Assembly (NCBI GenBank): GCA_051942245.1
Contig: JAVECL010000003.1
Span: forward strand, 1-64,000
DNA from: Trypethelium eluteriae
Taxonomy: Eukaryota
Reading direction: 5' to 3'
DNA: 64,000 nt
Within the stretch, counting starts at the first letter, position 1; each line of letters starts with the position of its first letter. Of this stretch, positions 11,997 to 25,041 are shown piece after piece. The notes under the pieces were generated by a model that saw nothing but the letters and a program-made list of their open reading frames with translations, was not told the origin of the DNA and did not search any database. Made by a program: the position numbers and the translations under genes.

Positions 11997-13353
11997 GAGC
12001 ATGAATTCGCCCTATTAGATCTTGTCTCCCACAAGCAGTCGCATCCTCGTAGCGATCGACCCAGGCAACAGTTCTGTGGACTGCAGAACTCAGCAGAGTC
12101 TTACATGCAGCAAAGACGCCTGCTGGAGGCTTAACCTCCATTTCCAATCTTTTTCTTGAGGGATACTAGAATCCACTTATCCCGCCGAGGCTTTTGGCAA
12201 TAATGACCTAGGAATGCTCCAGCCACAAATGGCAAGAATCCGTCTTGTCGATCGTCAGCCTCAATTACTGCAATTGGAAGAACTGTCTTTCAGGGATTCT
12301 GAGTCGCCATTCACCCCCCGGCTTTTCTTCCCCTGCTCTGCTTGTAGTTCGCACTCGAGCCACGTTCTAGCCCCCCTACTCAGGTCCAATCCATCATCCA
12401 AAGGAGGCACACATCCATTGGATGTTTGGATATGACCGGTTTCGCGGGAAACCGTGCCCATTTTGCACCATGACATCACTAAATCGCATTGCCGCTCCTG
12501 AACGCGTGTCATGTAATTGTCCGAGAGGTCGGATATTTTTTCGCATTGCCAGCGCCATTAGAGCCAAAGGGTGAATGAGGGATAAGATGCAAATTTCCGT
12601 CTATGCACTGCCACTCGGACATCTTTTGGATCCGGTCTCATGGCGCATGAACGATTTGTGTCCAACGTTTATACCATGATTAAGTCCAGAGCATAAACTC
12701 ACCTGGCTACAACTGGACCCAAGACTCTCATTAGATTGTTCATTCCAGGTACTGATGATAGCCACCCAAAAGGTCCAAACTAAAGAATAGGCTCGACTGA
12801 ATGTACGCGTCATTTGACCATCTTGTAAACGCAAAGTGTCGCAAGTCGAAACTGCTGGACGAATCGTACCAAACGCACCTAGTGTACCATGAAAGTTGGA
12901 CCGCGTTTGGGGATGGATGTAGTGGCGCCTAGTGATCTTTCCAAAGGCCGTCCGAACTCGCGGAGGCGCTGATCACGGACCCTCTAATGTAGTGGCTTGC
13001 CCACAGTGTGGCGGATGAAAGAGCCTATGGAAAGGCATAAAATTATCTTAGCAGTCTGCAGGCAGCTCAGCCTCTCCTTAGGCTCACATGTGATACGTTC
13101 GAGATCGATAGGCTCTAGACGATCATCTTTCCAGATGGTGCCTTCTGCTGGTCATGGTGTGGTACCCTCTGCTACGCATGCGAGGTGATCAGATCTCTGA
13201 CTCGTGGCGCGGCTATCCTGTCAAGAAATCTGGTTTCCGAGTCGCGGTGATATTGCACTTCCGCAGTCTCCATCGTTGCCGATCTTCTCTTTTGAAGATA
13301 TGTAACGCATTAGAAATCATATCGTGGGGTCTTGCTCCTTAACCCTTGTTGTC

Positions 13354-14474
13354 TCAACTTCGTGTCATACCCCCTATGATTTTCAACCCACTTGGATCCC
13401 CAGTATAAGCCAATGCGTAGCGATTTGGATGCCACGCAACACACGGAGTCGGCGTGCTTAAAGGTATAGTGCAGACATCGTCTCCCGACTCGACGTGCTT
13501 GATATGTAACCCGTTTCCCTCATCGCTGCCTCCCACCACGTAGCTCCCGTCGAAGGTGAAGCTCAAGCTGCGCACCGTGCCTGCGAGAGCGGTCATGGGG
13601 TACTTTGGTATCCAGTCCTTGGTATCCCAGATCATGGCGAGCGAATCGCTGGCACCAGTCGCGACGTAAGCGCCCGTGGGTGACATGGCCACGCAATAGC
13701 ACGCCGCGGTATGACCGCGAAGGGTGTAGAGATGAGAGAAGGAGGGATAATCCACGATGTCAACGGTACCGGCGTTCGTGGCGATGAAGAGTTCAAGACC
13801 CGAGTTTGAGAAGGTGAAGGATGGCGCCTCTAGCGATTGAGGGAACTGCTCTAGTTGAGACAGTGTCGAGAGCGAGACCGATATCAGGGTGTCTTCGCGC
13901 TCTCTGCTGCCCTACAGTAGAAAGCAGAACGCGGTCAGTTCGTATTTCCAGATCCAGTCTTACACAGGCTAGTATAGAACGTGGCTGATTGCAGCTCTCC
14001 ATGATCTCTTACCTTCTTTCTTTCAGTCCTCCCCACCACCATCTCTCCGCCGTCTGGCCTCCACGCAATCCGATATGCTCCCTGTCCTGCTCCACCTACC
14101 CTCACCTCTCCGGTCGCCTTCTTCGCCCGTACATCCCACAGCCTCACCACACCATCACCCCCACAGCTCGCCAACTCGGCCTCCTTCCGAGGATTGAATG
14201 CCACGCAGTCAACGTAGCCGCCATGGCCTCGTAATTCGGTGCTGTTCTTGCTGGCGTTTCGTTCTGGATTCCAAACGCGTATGGTGCGCTCCGACGCAGT
14301 GGCAATGAGGTTGCCAAGAGGAGACCAGGAAAGCGTGTGTGAAAGCGTGCGGGAGGATGAAAGTGAACGGGAGGAAGAGGAGCTGTGATCACTGTAGATT
14401 ATATCTTTCTGTTTGGAAAACACCGAGGGGAAGGTGCCCGAAGGGAGGGGTGTCCGGGCACGGGGAGCCGGCAT
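13354..14474 (-). CDS. TEX1: THO/TREX complex WD40 subunit Tex1/THOC3, 2 exons
   Basis: WD repeats (LSWSPLGNLIATAS, STELRGH, VAFNPRKEAELASCGGDGVVRLWD, LRGHTAACYC, VAWHPNRYALAY); intron about 14012-13913. Confidence 0.85.
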
Positions 14475-15047
14475 AATGTGCTTTTCTAGAAGACGAGGAT
14501 ATCAATTGAAGCTCATCTAATCGTGTAAGAGACTCTTGAATTCCCTATCCTGGGCTGGAAGGGGTGCGGTCTTTTTCGGAAAGGTAAACAGCAAGATGGT
14601 TGTGGTTGAGATTATGAAACTACCCGGATCTTTGTTCCCAGATTGATGGTACGTGCGCCAGATCTTCAAACTCAACTACCTACCTAATATATCGATCTAG
14701 GCCCAGGTTACTTTTGCAAGCACGTCATTAACAATATTCCTGACATTCGGATTATCTACCTGTTCCTCGCGCTATTGTTCTTGTCTGGTAGCTGCAATCT
14801 TTTTTTTTGCTGTGTCTCTGCTGGTGCTGGCGATGCGGATAGAAGCGTTACGACAAGACGTCTGCTAAATATTCGCGAGATAAGCTTAATGATTTCGAAA
14901 TAAGATCCCATGATACTTTCCTGAATGAAACTTTCACTGTATGCTTGTCCTCAGCTGATACTAAATCTAAATAAATATCGCTGAAAAGGGCGTTTCTCAT
15001 TCGATATCCAAAATGCCATGGGGCATCCAACGTCAGGAAACTTTTCA

Positions 15048-18000
15048 TCATGAGAGTGCGTCATTGACAATATCCCTTAGTACCGGTCTGCTTCCCACAA
15101 TACTGCTCTTGCTGATCTTTCCGACTTTAGCTGGCTGCTTGAACCTTCTGTTTTTCTCCCCTCCCAACGCAGCCTTGTCTGGACTCCTCACCTTTTGCGA
15201 GCTCGGACTTGCACCGAACCCTTGAGAGCTACAATTTGCGGACATCGTCTGAAGTGGACTCCTTTTGGGCATGATTTCCTGTTTCAGGTCCTTTCTCTTC
15301 GGACTTCCCTTGCTTTGGCTTTTCTGCGTTTCCGAAGAAGTCATCCTCAACTCCCCATGAGCTTCTACAGCACCCTTTGGCAAATCGTACCGCCAACCTC
15401 TCTCTTCTACCAATTGGACGAATTGTCTCAGCAACTCATTGCCGCATAGCGTCCGCCTACTCCCGAGGATCAATAACTTGCTCCTCGCTCTAGTGAATGC
15501 TACATTGACCCTCCGCCAATCCCGTAACAAGTCACCCACATTGGCCGCCTCGTTACTACGCACGCAGCTCAGCACAATGACCTCCTTATCTCGACCTTGA
15601 AATCGATCAGCCGTGTGCATCTCGACTTCAGGATGGTGCTTGAGTGACTGTTTCAGTAATGCCAACTGCGAGCGGTAAAACGTGATGACGCCAATGTCAG
15701 AGGGCGCGATGCCCATGGTGAGCAAGGACTCAACGAGTTGAGTTGTGAGATGTGCTTCGAGCTCATTAGTGATGCGCACTCCTTTGCATTCTTCAAGAGA
15801 AGTGGGGAGCAGCATGTCGGTATTGGCAAAGGTGACGCGTTGAATGGGAGTGAGAAGACGATCGATCCAACAAGATCCCTGATGAGAGCTTTTGCAGAGG
15901 GAGACATGCTGTGAACAAGGCAATGGAGTCGGGCGCGTTTGTAGGAGGCCATCTTTGTCACGGATTGAAAGAGAGCGACGCGCGACTGCATCATTCCCGC
16001 ATTTCAAACGGCCATTGTAGATGAGTGTGTTCGAAAGCAACATGATGTCTTCGCACATTCGGTACTGATGCTCGAGGGATACCACAGACTCTGGACGCCT
16101 GTCGGATAAAAGCTTGAACAGACTGACATCCAATCCGCCTTCCAATGCCTCTTTGTTTTGCACAAGAGGGGGTAGTTGATAGTGATCACCAACCAGGATG
16201 AACGTCTTGGCCATTCGAATTGGTCCCAGACATACAGGTAGCGTGATTTGGGATGCTTCATCGACTATACAGTAGTCAAAAATACGCTCCTGAAAGACGT
16301 GATGATTGATGCCAAGACAGGTAGTTGCGACAACTTGCGGCTTGGTGTAGATTTCTTGCAGCTCTTCAATGGACTTCCTCGGCTCCGCTGCTAGTTGAGC
16401 AAATTCTTGAACCTGTGGATGAACCTTCGCGATGGCACCCAGACGCAAGATGTTGATATTATCATCACGGATTTTGAGCAGAATATTATCCACTGCCGTA
16501 TGCGTATATGAGGTGAGTAGAACGCTCTTCCCCTTTGCTACCAAGGCACGAATGATATGAGCAATGGTAGTTGTCTTGCCTGTGCCAGGCATTCCTAGTA
16601 CCAACGCATAATCTTCAGCTGCCATAACCTTTTCAACGGCAGTTTTTTGATCTGAATTGAGTCCGATCTGACTTGTTGCACCGGAAAGACTGTATGCTGA
16701 AGGATCAGCTTTGAACTTTGGGGGGACGTCCTCGACGATCAGAGCCCGCAGTTCCCGTGCATGATACTCGCTGGTCATGATTTGGATGAGGTTGTTGCGG
16801 ACCGTGGCCATCCCATTGCTAAACTCATCTTTGTCGAGGCGATATACCACTTCCTCACCAACGTGTCGGCGATGTCTCAACCCCTGCGAACTTTCGCCGA
16901 CTTCCATGATGCCCGCGAATACTTGGTTCATCTCATCATCAAAACCACTTTGCTTGACCCTCGCATTGTGTAGCCGACGATCGACCGCGACCGAGATCCG
17001 ACGTCTTCTAATGCTCGTTACGTATCCATTTGCTAATGCATAATGGCCTTTCTCGTCAGAAATGACGATCGGTTCGCCTACGGTAAGCTGCGATTCTGTA
17101 AAGGAGAAACCTGGAGTCTTCCTTTGCTTCACGAATGTGTATTTGAACCGGTTAATCTTCGTCGATCCAGCTTGTTCCTGGAGCGAGTCGGGCTCAAGTA
17201 CGACGTTCGAGAAACATCGTCCAAGCTTTTCCCGTTCAGTACTGAGCATCGTCCACAGTTCTCGTCTGAATTTTGTCATCTCGGATTCTTCTTTTGTGAT
17301 CAACCGATCCCATTTCTTGAAAAATTCTGCATGAACAGGCTTCAATCCTTTGACAAACTCGTCGAACTCTTGCTTTGCAGAGCTCTTTTCCGTAGCACCA
17401 TCTTCAGCGAGCCTGTGGTAGACAAAGCAAGGTACTTTAGCGTAGCAAGTCTTACATTTGTGGGAATTCTCCAACATTGGCGGTAGCTCAAGTCTACTAC
17501 GAACATAGCAGGCAAGCTCGTTTCTTTGCATGATCATGTGCCGGATTTCATGGCGGATGGCTGGAACTCTTGAGATCTCGGATCTTTCCATATAGTAGAG
17601 GATACCATAGAGCACATTGACGTCGTATCTATCTGACAAGAGCAACGTATAAAGAGCGGTCTGAGCTCGGTGAGCAGTAGCAGCTCTGTTACTGCCGGTC
17701 TTGACCTCAAATGGCACAGTGAGTCTTTTCTTTCCGTCTTCATCGTTCATCACAACCTCCATTGTTGCATCGATATTGCCTTTGAGGCCGTACTTGGGGG
17801 ACAGCACATGTTCTTCGACGTCCAGTAACTTACTTATGGTCATGACAACGTCCTTTCTGGATCGATCCTTGATAAGAGCTTCAGACTAGGTGGTACTGTT
17901 AGCGGACTGTGAGTGTTTCTTCACAAGTGAGAAGCTTACGCTGGGCTCTTTCCTAACAAATATCCTGGCCCACGCTTGCAGTTCTGGGAGCTTGGCCCGG

Positions 18001-20378
18001 ACAGCATCAACAGCCAGCGGTATCGTCAAGTTCAACTCGTAGATACTCTCCAGATGTCGGAGCACGATGCCTTCAACAGCATGGACAAGCCACTCTATGT
18101 CCCATCGGTTCGCTGTCATGGCCTCCTGAAAGAGCTCATGTAGGATTTGACCATAGACTTGGGGCTCATTCGCGGTACTGGTTGCTTTCACTCGGTCCTG
18201 AAGGACGGCTCGGCGAATACACTCAAATGAATCGGCTACAACGGTGGCGGAGATGAGATGGTCAGGGTGCAGAATGATCATGTTGTTCGCGTCGTCAACG
18301 GTGCATTGTCCAGTATGAGAGAATTCGCCAATAATGTGCACGTATGAATTGGGCGTACATGGAGTGCCATACCATGATTGGCGAAGGGTTATTGCCTTGG
18401 TCATCTTGGATTTTTCTTCTTTTACAAGGAGAACCTAGCTTAGTAAGTCACAGATCAGACATTCGTTTCGAGCAAGATTACCTTCTCCGGCCGCGTAAAA
18501 CCGTTCTCATTAGTATATTCACCCTCTATAATATCTGTGACAAGATAACGTTGGATTTTTCCTGCTTGTTTCTCACTCTCCTGCGCATCAGCAGGAAGGC
18601 GGTGGAGTATTGAGGAACGTCCTGCTTACAGATGGCTGGCCCTGTACGGTTGATCGATGCGATTGTGTTGCCATCACCTCTGCTGTTGCGAATGCTTCAT
18701 CATCAATATCACCCACGCCGAAATCGTCCTCGTCCTCGTCAACAACAATAGATTCTCCTTCCTTCCCCATTCTAATAGAAGGGTCAATTACGTCGCTGGT
18801 GGTGGCTGAGTTCACAGTGCTTTGCCGCGCCAGAGTCCTTTGATCTGTGTTTGCTTCCTTGGCGTCAAGTTTTGGCTGTGCATCATACCTAGATGCTACA
18901 CTCTCCATATCCGCGGCAAATACGTCTCCTTCATCAAAATCATCGAAAAAGTCTGCCAGGCCTTGAGCATCTTCCAGTATAGCCGTGGCTTCAGTCAAGT
19001 CTTCACTGGCGAGATTGTCGCCCAAAGGCTCAATTATGCTAGCGTCGGGTCTAATTGAGGACGCAGTTTCACCATGTACTTGAGGGTTCGCTGACTCCAG
19101 TGTTTGAAGCATACCTGCTGTCAAGTCTTCGCTCTCAGCATCTGACGAAGGTAGCCGACCAGGCTGCTTGCTCTTTTGGGAGCAGCCAGCGGCTTGCCTA
19201 GAAGATTGTAGCTGATGGTGGTCGCGAGAATCATTGCCTAGCTTTTGTAAAGGCGAAGTAAGTTGAGATGGTTCGTTTTGAAGAGCTCCGTGTTCTGGCA
19301 ATGGAGATGAACTTGACGGATCATCGTTGTCGTGTGGTAATGGCGGCTGCTTTAAGAGCGTCTCTTGCATACGCTCCACGAGAAAGCCGACCCTGGACGT
19401 TCTCGAACCATCTGCCACAGACTGCTCTACATTGGCTACTTCGTTGGCGAACACGTCCTCAATCTGTTCTCTGTATGCTGTAGCTGCTGTTTTTCTCCTT
19501 TTCGCTCGATGATGTAGCCATTGATTGCCTTCACTTGCCCATCTTCGCAGCCCACTTTTGTTACCCGAAGTTTGAACGTCGGGCGAATGAGGGGAAGATT
19601 CATTTATGAGAAGGTGAACCACGGGCTGTGCTTTGGCGTTTGGAGTCTCTCGGTTCGACGTTTCCGGGACATATCGATTCCAAAGATCTGCAATTGGATC
19701 GACTTGTGGCGTTCGAAGCAATTGCTTTACATGCTCGAGGTTGAGATTTTGTTTTTCCGAAGGAAAGTGCGCTGAACGCTCATGTTGCGAGGAAGGGGGA
19801 GAAGAGCTGCGAGCACGTTTCCTTGATCGACTACGCGGGGTTTTGGTTGTACTGAATGAGCTATCTGGCATCCAATGAAGATGATCCTCAGGCGTCGCGT
19901 CCTGTAAGATTCGCCCTCGGGCAGTCTCATCTACATTGCCAATGAGATCAACAAGCGGTAGCCTTGTGGCGGGCGTAGCAGGCGGGCGAGCTTCCTGCGA
20001 CGAAGGTCGAGCATTGATTTCCTGTTTTTGGGTTGTCTCTGAGCCTCCGTTCTGGGTGGATACACGCGAAAGCTCCTTTTGAGGCATGTTTTCTTTCTCG
20101 TCTGCCGGAGTCACGATTGCACTGGGCCTTCCCTCAATAAATTGGAAGGCCTTCAATTTGGACCGACTTTCTGCGGAAGGCATTATTGGCGGTCGGTCGC
20201 GAATTGGTGCTGTGCTTTTATCTCGATCAGGCCCCGTCGCGCGCTCATGCTTTCGATACGTCTGCCAGTGGGGTTTCTAAAAATCGATTAGTTATGAATA
20301 CAGTTCTCAGCTAGACTTTATATGATATACCTTGCTTGTGCAAGTTTGGTCAAAAAACGACGTCTGTCGTGTAGACAT
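15048..20378 (-). CDS. DNA2: DNA replication ATP-dependent helicase/nuclease Dna2, multi-exon
   Basis: Nuclease motifs EEHVLSPKYGLKGNIDAT and EVKTG, Fe-S cysteines (CIRRAVL; CKTCYAKVPC), SF1 motifs GMPGTGKT, DEASQ and FQGRDKE; probable first exon MSTRQTSFFDQTCTSK from ATG 20378. Confidence 0.95.
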
Positions 20379-20441
20379 CAAACAATATATGGCGCTGATA
20401 TAGTCATGTTCAAGGAACAGATAAAGTGTGAAGGCAAGGAA

Positions 20442-20458
20442 ACGCGTGTAAGACGCGT
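20442..20458. promoter_or_regulatory. Two MluI cell-cycle boxes (MCB, ACGCGT) in the DNA2/ODC divergent promoter
   Basis: ACGCGT at 20442-20447 and 20453-20458, 64-80 nt upstream of the DNA2 start. Confidence 0.65.
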
Positions 20459-20633
20459 TATTTTCGAGCTACTGACGGAGCTCGCCCCGCGCTCACGTGA
20501 CAAAAACTAGATGTTGCAGTCCTCATCTTACCGGTATCTATTCCTAGCTCCAACTGTCCATTTCGCAGCTTACTACCTATATCTATTCCAATTGTCCCAT
20601 ATATTCATTCTCAGGCTTCTCTATCCTCGCAGA

Positions 20634-21865
20634 ATGTCTCAAGAGAAGCCCCTACCTTTCATATACCAGTTCGCCGCAGGCAGGTTTCGTCTTTTCACCC
20701 TATCTGGAATAATGGCTAAGTCTGATCCACAGGTGCGGTGGCTGGTGTATCTGAAGTCAGTTCTAATTGGAAAGAGTTTTGAGGGTACAATCACAGCTAA
20801 CTCATGAATACCTGTAGATTCTAGTCATGTACCATTACTCCGCGCCCCTATGAAGACTTTTCCTGTACTTAGTCTTACTCAGGTACCCGCTTGACGTCGT
20901 GAAAACTCGAGTGTACGTCCGCCGGTCTCCATATATACGTCGAGGTGAGAATTGGAGCTGAAGGAATGATAGGCAACTACAAACGGGCACAGGTGCTGGG
21001 GCCGATGCATATAGTGGCATGATGGATTGCTTCCGAAAGATTATTGCAAATGAAGGGTAAAAGAGCGGGTTCTATTGCTGAATTCGCATTAATTCCTCAT
21101 TCAGTGTCGGCCGACTGTATCGAGGAATTGAAGCCCCAATTCTCATGGAGGCGCCCAAGAGGTAAGGTTGGACCGATGGCATTATTGCGGGCAAGCAGCT
21201 GATTTCGTCGAAGGGCTGTCAAGTTTGCTGCGAACGATGAATGGGGCAAAGTTTATCGCAAAGCTTTCGGGATTGATAAGATGAATCAGTCGCTCTCAAT
21301 CCTCACTGGTGCATCTGCCGGAGCTACCGAGGCCTTCGTCGTCGTTCCATTTGAGTTGGTCAAGATCCGGTTGCAAGACAAAGCCCAAGCGCACAAATAT
21401 TCAGGCATGATCGACTGTGTAACGAAAATCATCTCTCAAGAAGGAATCGCTGCCATGTATCAAGGACTCGAAAGCACAATATGGCGACACGTTCTATGGA
21501 ATTCCGGATATTTTGGCTGTATCTTCCAAGTTCGTTCACAATTGCCAAAGGCAAATGACAAAGCAACGCAGATGAGGAATGACATCTTATCGGGAACAGT
21601 AGGTGGCACTGTGGGCACGATACTTAACACGCCTATGGACGTGGTCAAGTCTCGCATCCAAAACTCGCCCAAGGTTGCTGGCCAAGTGAGGAAGTACAAT
21701 TGGGCATGGCCGTCATTAGCGTTGGTCTATCGCGAAGAAGGATTTAGTGCCCTATACAAAGGTTTTCTGCCGAAGGTGCTTAGATTGGGTCCTGGAGGCG
21801 GCATCCTTCTAGTTGTCTTTACCGGCGTAATGGATTTCTTCCGGAAGATGAGAGGAGAACAATGA
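20634..21865 (+). CDS. ODC1: Mitochondrial 2-oxodicarboxylate carrier, 7 exons
   Basis: Spliced N-terminus MSQEKPLPFIYQFAAGAVAGVSEILVMYPLDVVKTR; carrier signatures PFELVKIRLQ and PMDVVKSRIQ; MEAPKRA and RLGPGGGILL. Confidence 0.92.
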
Positions 21866-22178
21866 TCCGTTCTTCTGTCTGACGTGGTCGGGCTTCGTCA
21901 AGCAAGGCTCAGCAGCTCGGAAGGTGACAGCGATTTCTACGGACTCGCGGACCTTGGATCAGTCTGCAGATAGGATAGGGCTGCTATGCGGACTCGATCG
22001 ATGTAACATCATTCATACATTAGACGTTAATTAGATCTGGGAACAGCAGCGAAAATTGTAAATAAGTTTGATTTGAACTCTTACGTTCACGGCCTTACTT
22101 CAGTGATATGCTATGCTACTTTCCTCTTTGCTATTATTCCGGACCGGTCTTCCGCTTCGAACTCCGCGCCTCCCCGCG

Positions 22179-24886
22179 ATGCAATCCACTCCGCTTCCCC
22201 CAGATCCTCACCTCCTCGCCATTCTCTTAGTTGTGCAGTCGCGTACGGGTCCCCATTTCGTCTTTCACTACCCTGCAAGGCCTTCTCCGTATCAAGACAG
22301 TAAGAAGCGGCAGTCTTCTTCGTACACTGCCTACGGCACCAATACATCTCCCAGCGACGACTCCGACTCCAGCAGCTCCGACGAGACAGCCTGGAACTCA
22401 GATGCTGATGGCGACAACTACCATGGCATTGGAAGTCGAAACAGTGGCGCTAAGAAACATGATACGGGAGTCGGCGCTGGTTCGACTACGGGCAAGAGGT
22501 CGAAAGTGACTCGAGGAAGCACAGTAGATGAGGAAGAAGAGCGATTAAGTGATAGTAGCGACGCTGATGGGATACATACAAAGCCAGGAAAAGAAGGTGC
22601 AGAAGCACGTCGGGGAGGAATGGCGGATTGGGAGACAGTACTCGGATATAGTACAGACGGCCTACAAAAATTGCTTTGCCCTCCAAGAGCATTCCATAAA
22701 AAGAGGGTTGAAATATCGCTTGACGGCCTCGCTTTTCTGGGATGCCCTATGTTTGTTCGAGAAGATGGGCTCTGGAGGAAAGATAAAAGACGCAAACGAC
22801 GTTTGGAACAATCTGAAGGCGTAGATTCTCATGATGGTCAAGCAACGAATGACTCGGAAGCAAAGCCTGAAGGAAAAGTCTCCATGGCTGAGTCCGACGC
22901 AGATGGTCGTCGACGCCTCGAAAGCTCGCAAGAACTTCCCGGAGATAGATCTGTGATCGAACGAAGCAGTAGCGCAACGAGATCGACCGCCGGGGCTGTG
23001 AAAGCTTTGGGTCCGAATAAAGCTGCCTCTAAACACAAGAGTGGTAAGGAGTCGAAGTTGACCATGTTTCATGTCGTCTTCGTGATGAACCCGCCTTCAA
23101 TGGAGTATCAAGTGCGCTTGGATGATATGTATCGAAACGTCGTGAAGGAGTTTGCCAAGATCCTGAAATTGGAACAGGCACTATCGCTCTATGTCTGGAC
23201 TCAATCCAAGGAGATTCTTAGGCTGAAGCAGAAAGCTAAAGATGAGCGTACGCCATATTCTTATCCTTGAGACAAGCGAGTAGCTTCGAGGCTAATAGAA
23301 CAGCAGGGACTTCAATAAACACTCTATGGAACAATATCAGGTCGCACTCATCACTGGCAGATTCAATTGCTAATGTTTACAACACCATCTCAACCTCGAG
23401 GATAGCACACCTGAAACTATCCTCACCGCTCGAAATACCGCTTCAGATCCCACAACCGTCTTCAACTTCCCAAGTGTCGACTCCTATGAGCCCTCAACTC
23501 CCAGGGCTTTGGCTGACTACCGCAAGCGTGACCGAGGCTGATTCGCATGGCTTGATCAGTCCACATATGGGAATTATACTTATGCAAGATGCTGAAGCTA
23601 TCCTCAGAGACCTGGCAAAGGAGGAACAGGACCTGTCTGCTGCACTCATTTATTTCGTCCGCAACTTGATATCCACAAAATCACTATTAAAATTGTCGAA
23701 AATACTGAAGCTATCGCTTCAAGAACTCCAGGTTCTCTCGGAGCACTTGATCTCAGGGCGACGAGCGCGTGCAATACCTCCCTTACATCCGCGTGATACT
23801 TATATCGTCTCGCCCAATGCTGACATGCGGCAATTGAGCGCTGCCACTGAAGCTTTTGCCCAACGGTTCCCCACCTTTCCTTCTCTCCCAAAGATGCTCA
23901 ATATGCTCTCAGGGACCCCAAAGTCTTATGGCATGTTCATGCCAAGCAAGGATCACCGACCGGCATATATGGAAATTCTGGCCTGGCTGATGCGAGGCGG
24001 CTGGGTGACGCAGCTACGGACATTTGCTTGGATACGACTAAGTCCTGAAATTCAGCACAAAGGCTACCTCAAAATTATCCGAACTCAGGCCGAACGAGCC
24101 GCAGCAGCAGCGAGAGAAGCCGAAGAAGACAAACAAGGAGCGGAAGAGCAACAACGTCGACGTAAGGACCTGGAGCAAAGGGGTTCGCGCACACGGACAC
24201 GAGGATCCAGCAATAGTAGTCCAATGCCCGCCGGTTCCAATAGTAACAATGACCCTTCTCCCCGGCATATGCCATTACCAGTCACACCACCAAACCAAGA
24301 CTCACCGATACAAACCCTAAGCTCACCTGCTGCTCTTCCCGCCACGTCTGGACCCGATCTTCTCTCCCCCATACTCTCCGCTCTTCGCCCACCTTCACGC
24401 CCTGCATCCGCCACCGGTAGCATCAGCAGCGTGCGCACCGCCGTTCACAACCCGACGCGGACCGACTCACCCTCAGCGATGGCTGTTCCGAGTTCTCCTC
24501 TCCTCTCCGTGCAGTCTCCCTCGCTGGCGCCTTCAGTATCTGCGCCTTCTGTGTCAGCCTCCGTCTACCCCTCTACAGATCCCCAGCACTATCTCGACCG
24601 CTGGGCCATTCCGGCCGCATCCGAGCTCGCGCCTTTGGTCGCCTACGACGCGCGTGACGCAACGACGAAGCAGTTCTTCGATGCTGCGCTCACACTGCTG
24701 GGGGAGGAGTTGGCGAAGGGGGATGAGGAGATGGAGAAGCTGTGGCCGAGGCTGGTGAGGTATCTCAATGGGAGGTGGGCGCTGGAAGAGATCAGTGTGC
24801 GGGAGGGGTTGAAGAGGGCGAAGGTACAGGGGCTGGTGGGAAGGTTGAGAGAGGAGGGGTTGCTGTGTATTGTGAGGCATTGGTGA
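22179..24886 (+). CDS. NPR3: Nitrogen permease regulator 3 (GATOR1/SEACIT subunit), 2 exons
   Basis: LLAILLVVQSRTGPHFVFHYP, LAFLGCPMFVREDGLWRK, MFHVVFVMNP, PLHPRDTYIVSP and WLMRGGWVTQLRTFAW; intron about 23248-23305. Confidence 0.92.
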
Positions 24887-25041
24887 ACATCACGAACGAG
24901 GGTTACATGGGATCAGTCTGCATGGGATATCTGATTTTGAGTTGGGCGACAGGTATTCTGATTCAATATCATTCCAGACACGCATGTCTGAGTGTCATAC
25001 TAGCCTCATAGCACACTGAAGTCTCCCTTTCTCAGTGACGC

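Noticed and set aside
11755..12147. 130-aa minus-strand ORF over the structured region
   Set aside because: No recognisable motif or splice structure; the many hairpins fit RNA structure or chance better
12175..12180. AUAAGU on the minus strand as a telomerase RNA 3' cleavage site
   Set aside because: It lies upstream of the junction, so it cannot end an RNA that contains it; hexamer is common by chance
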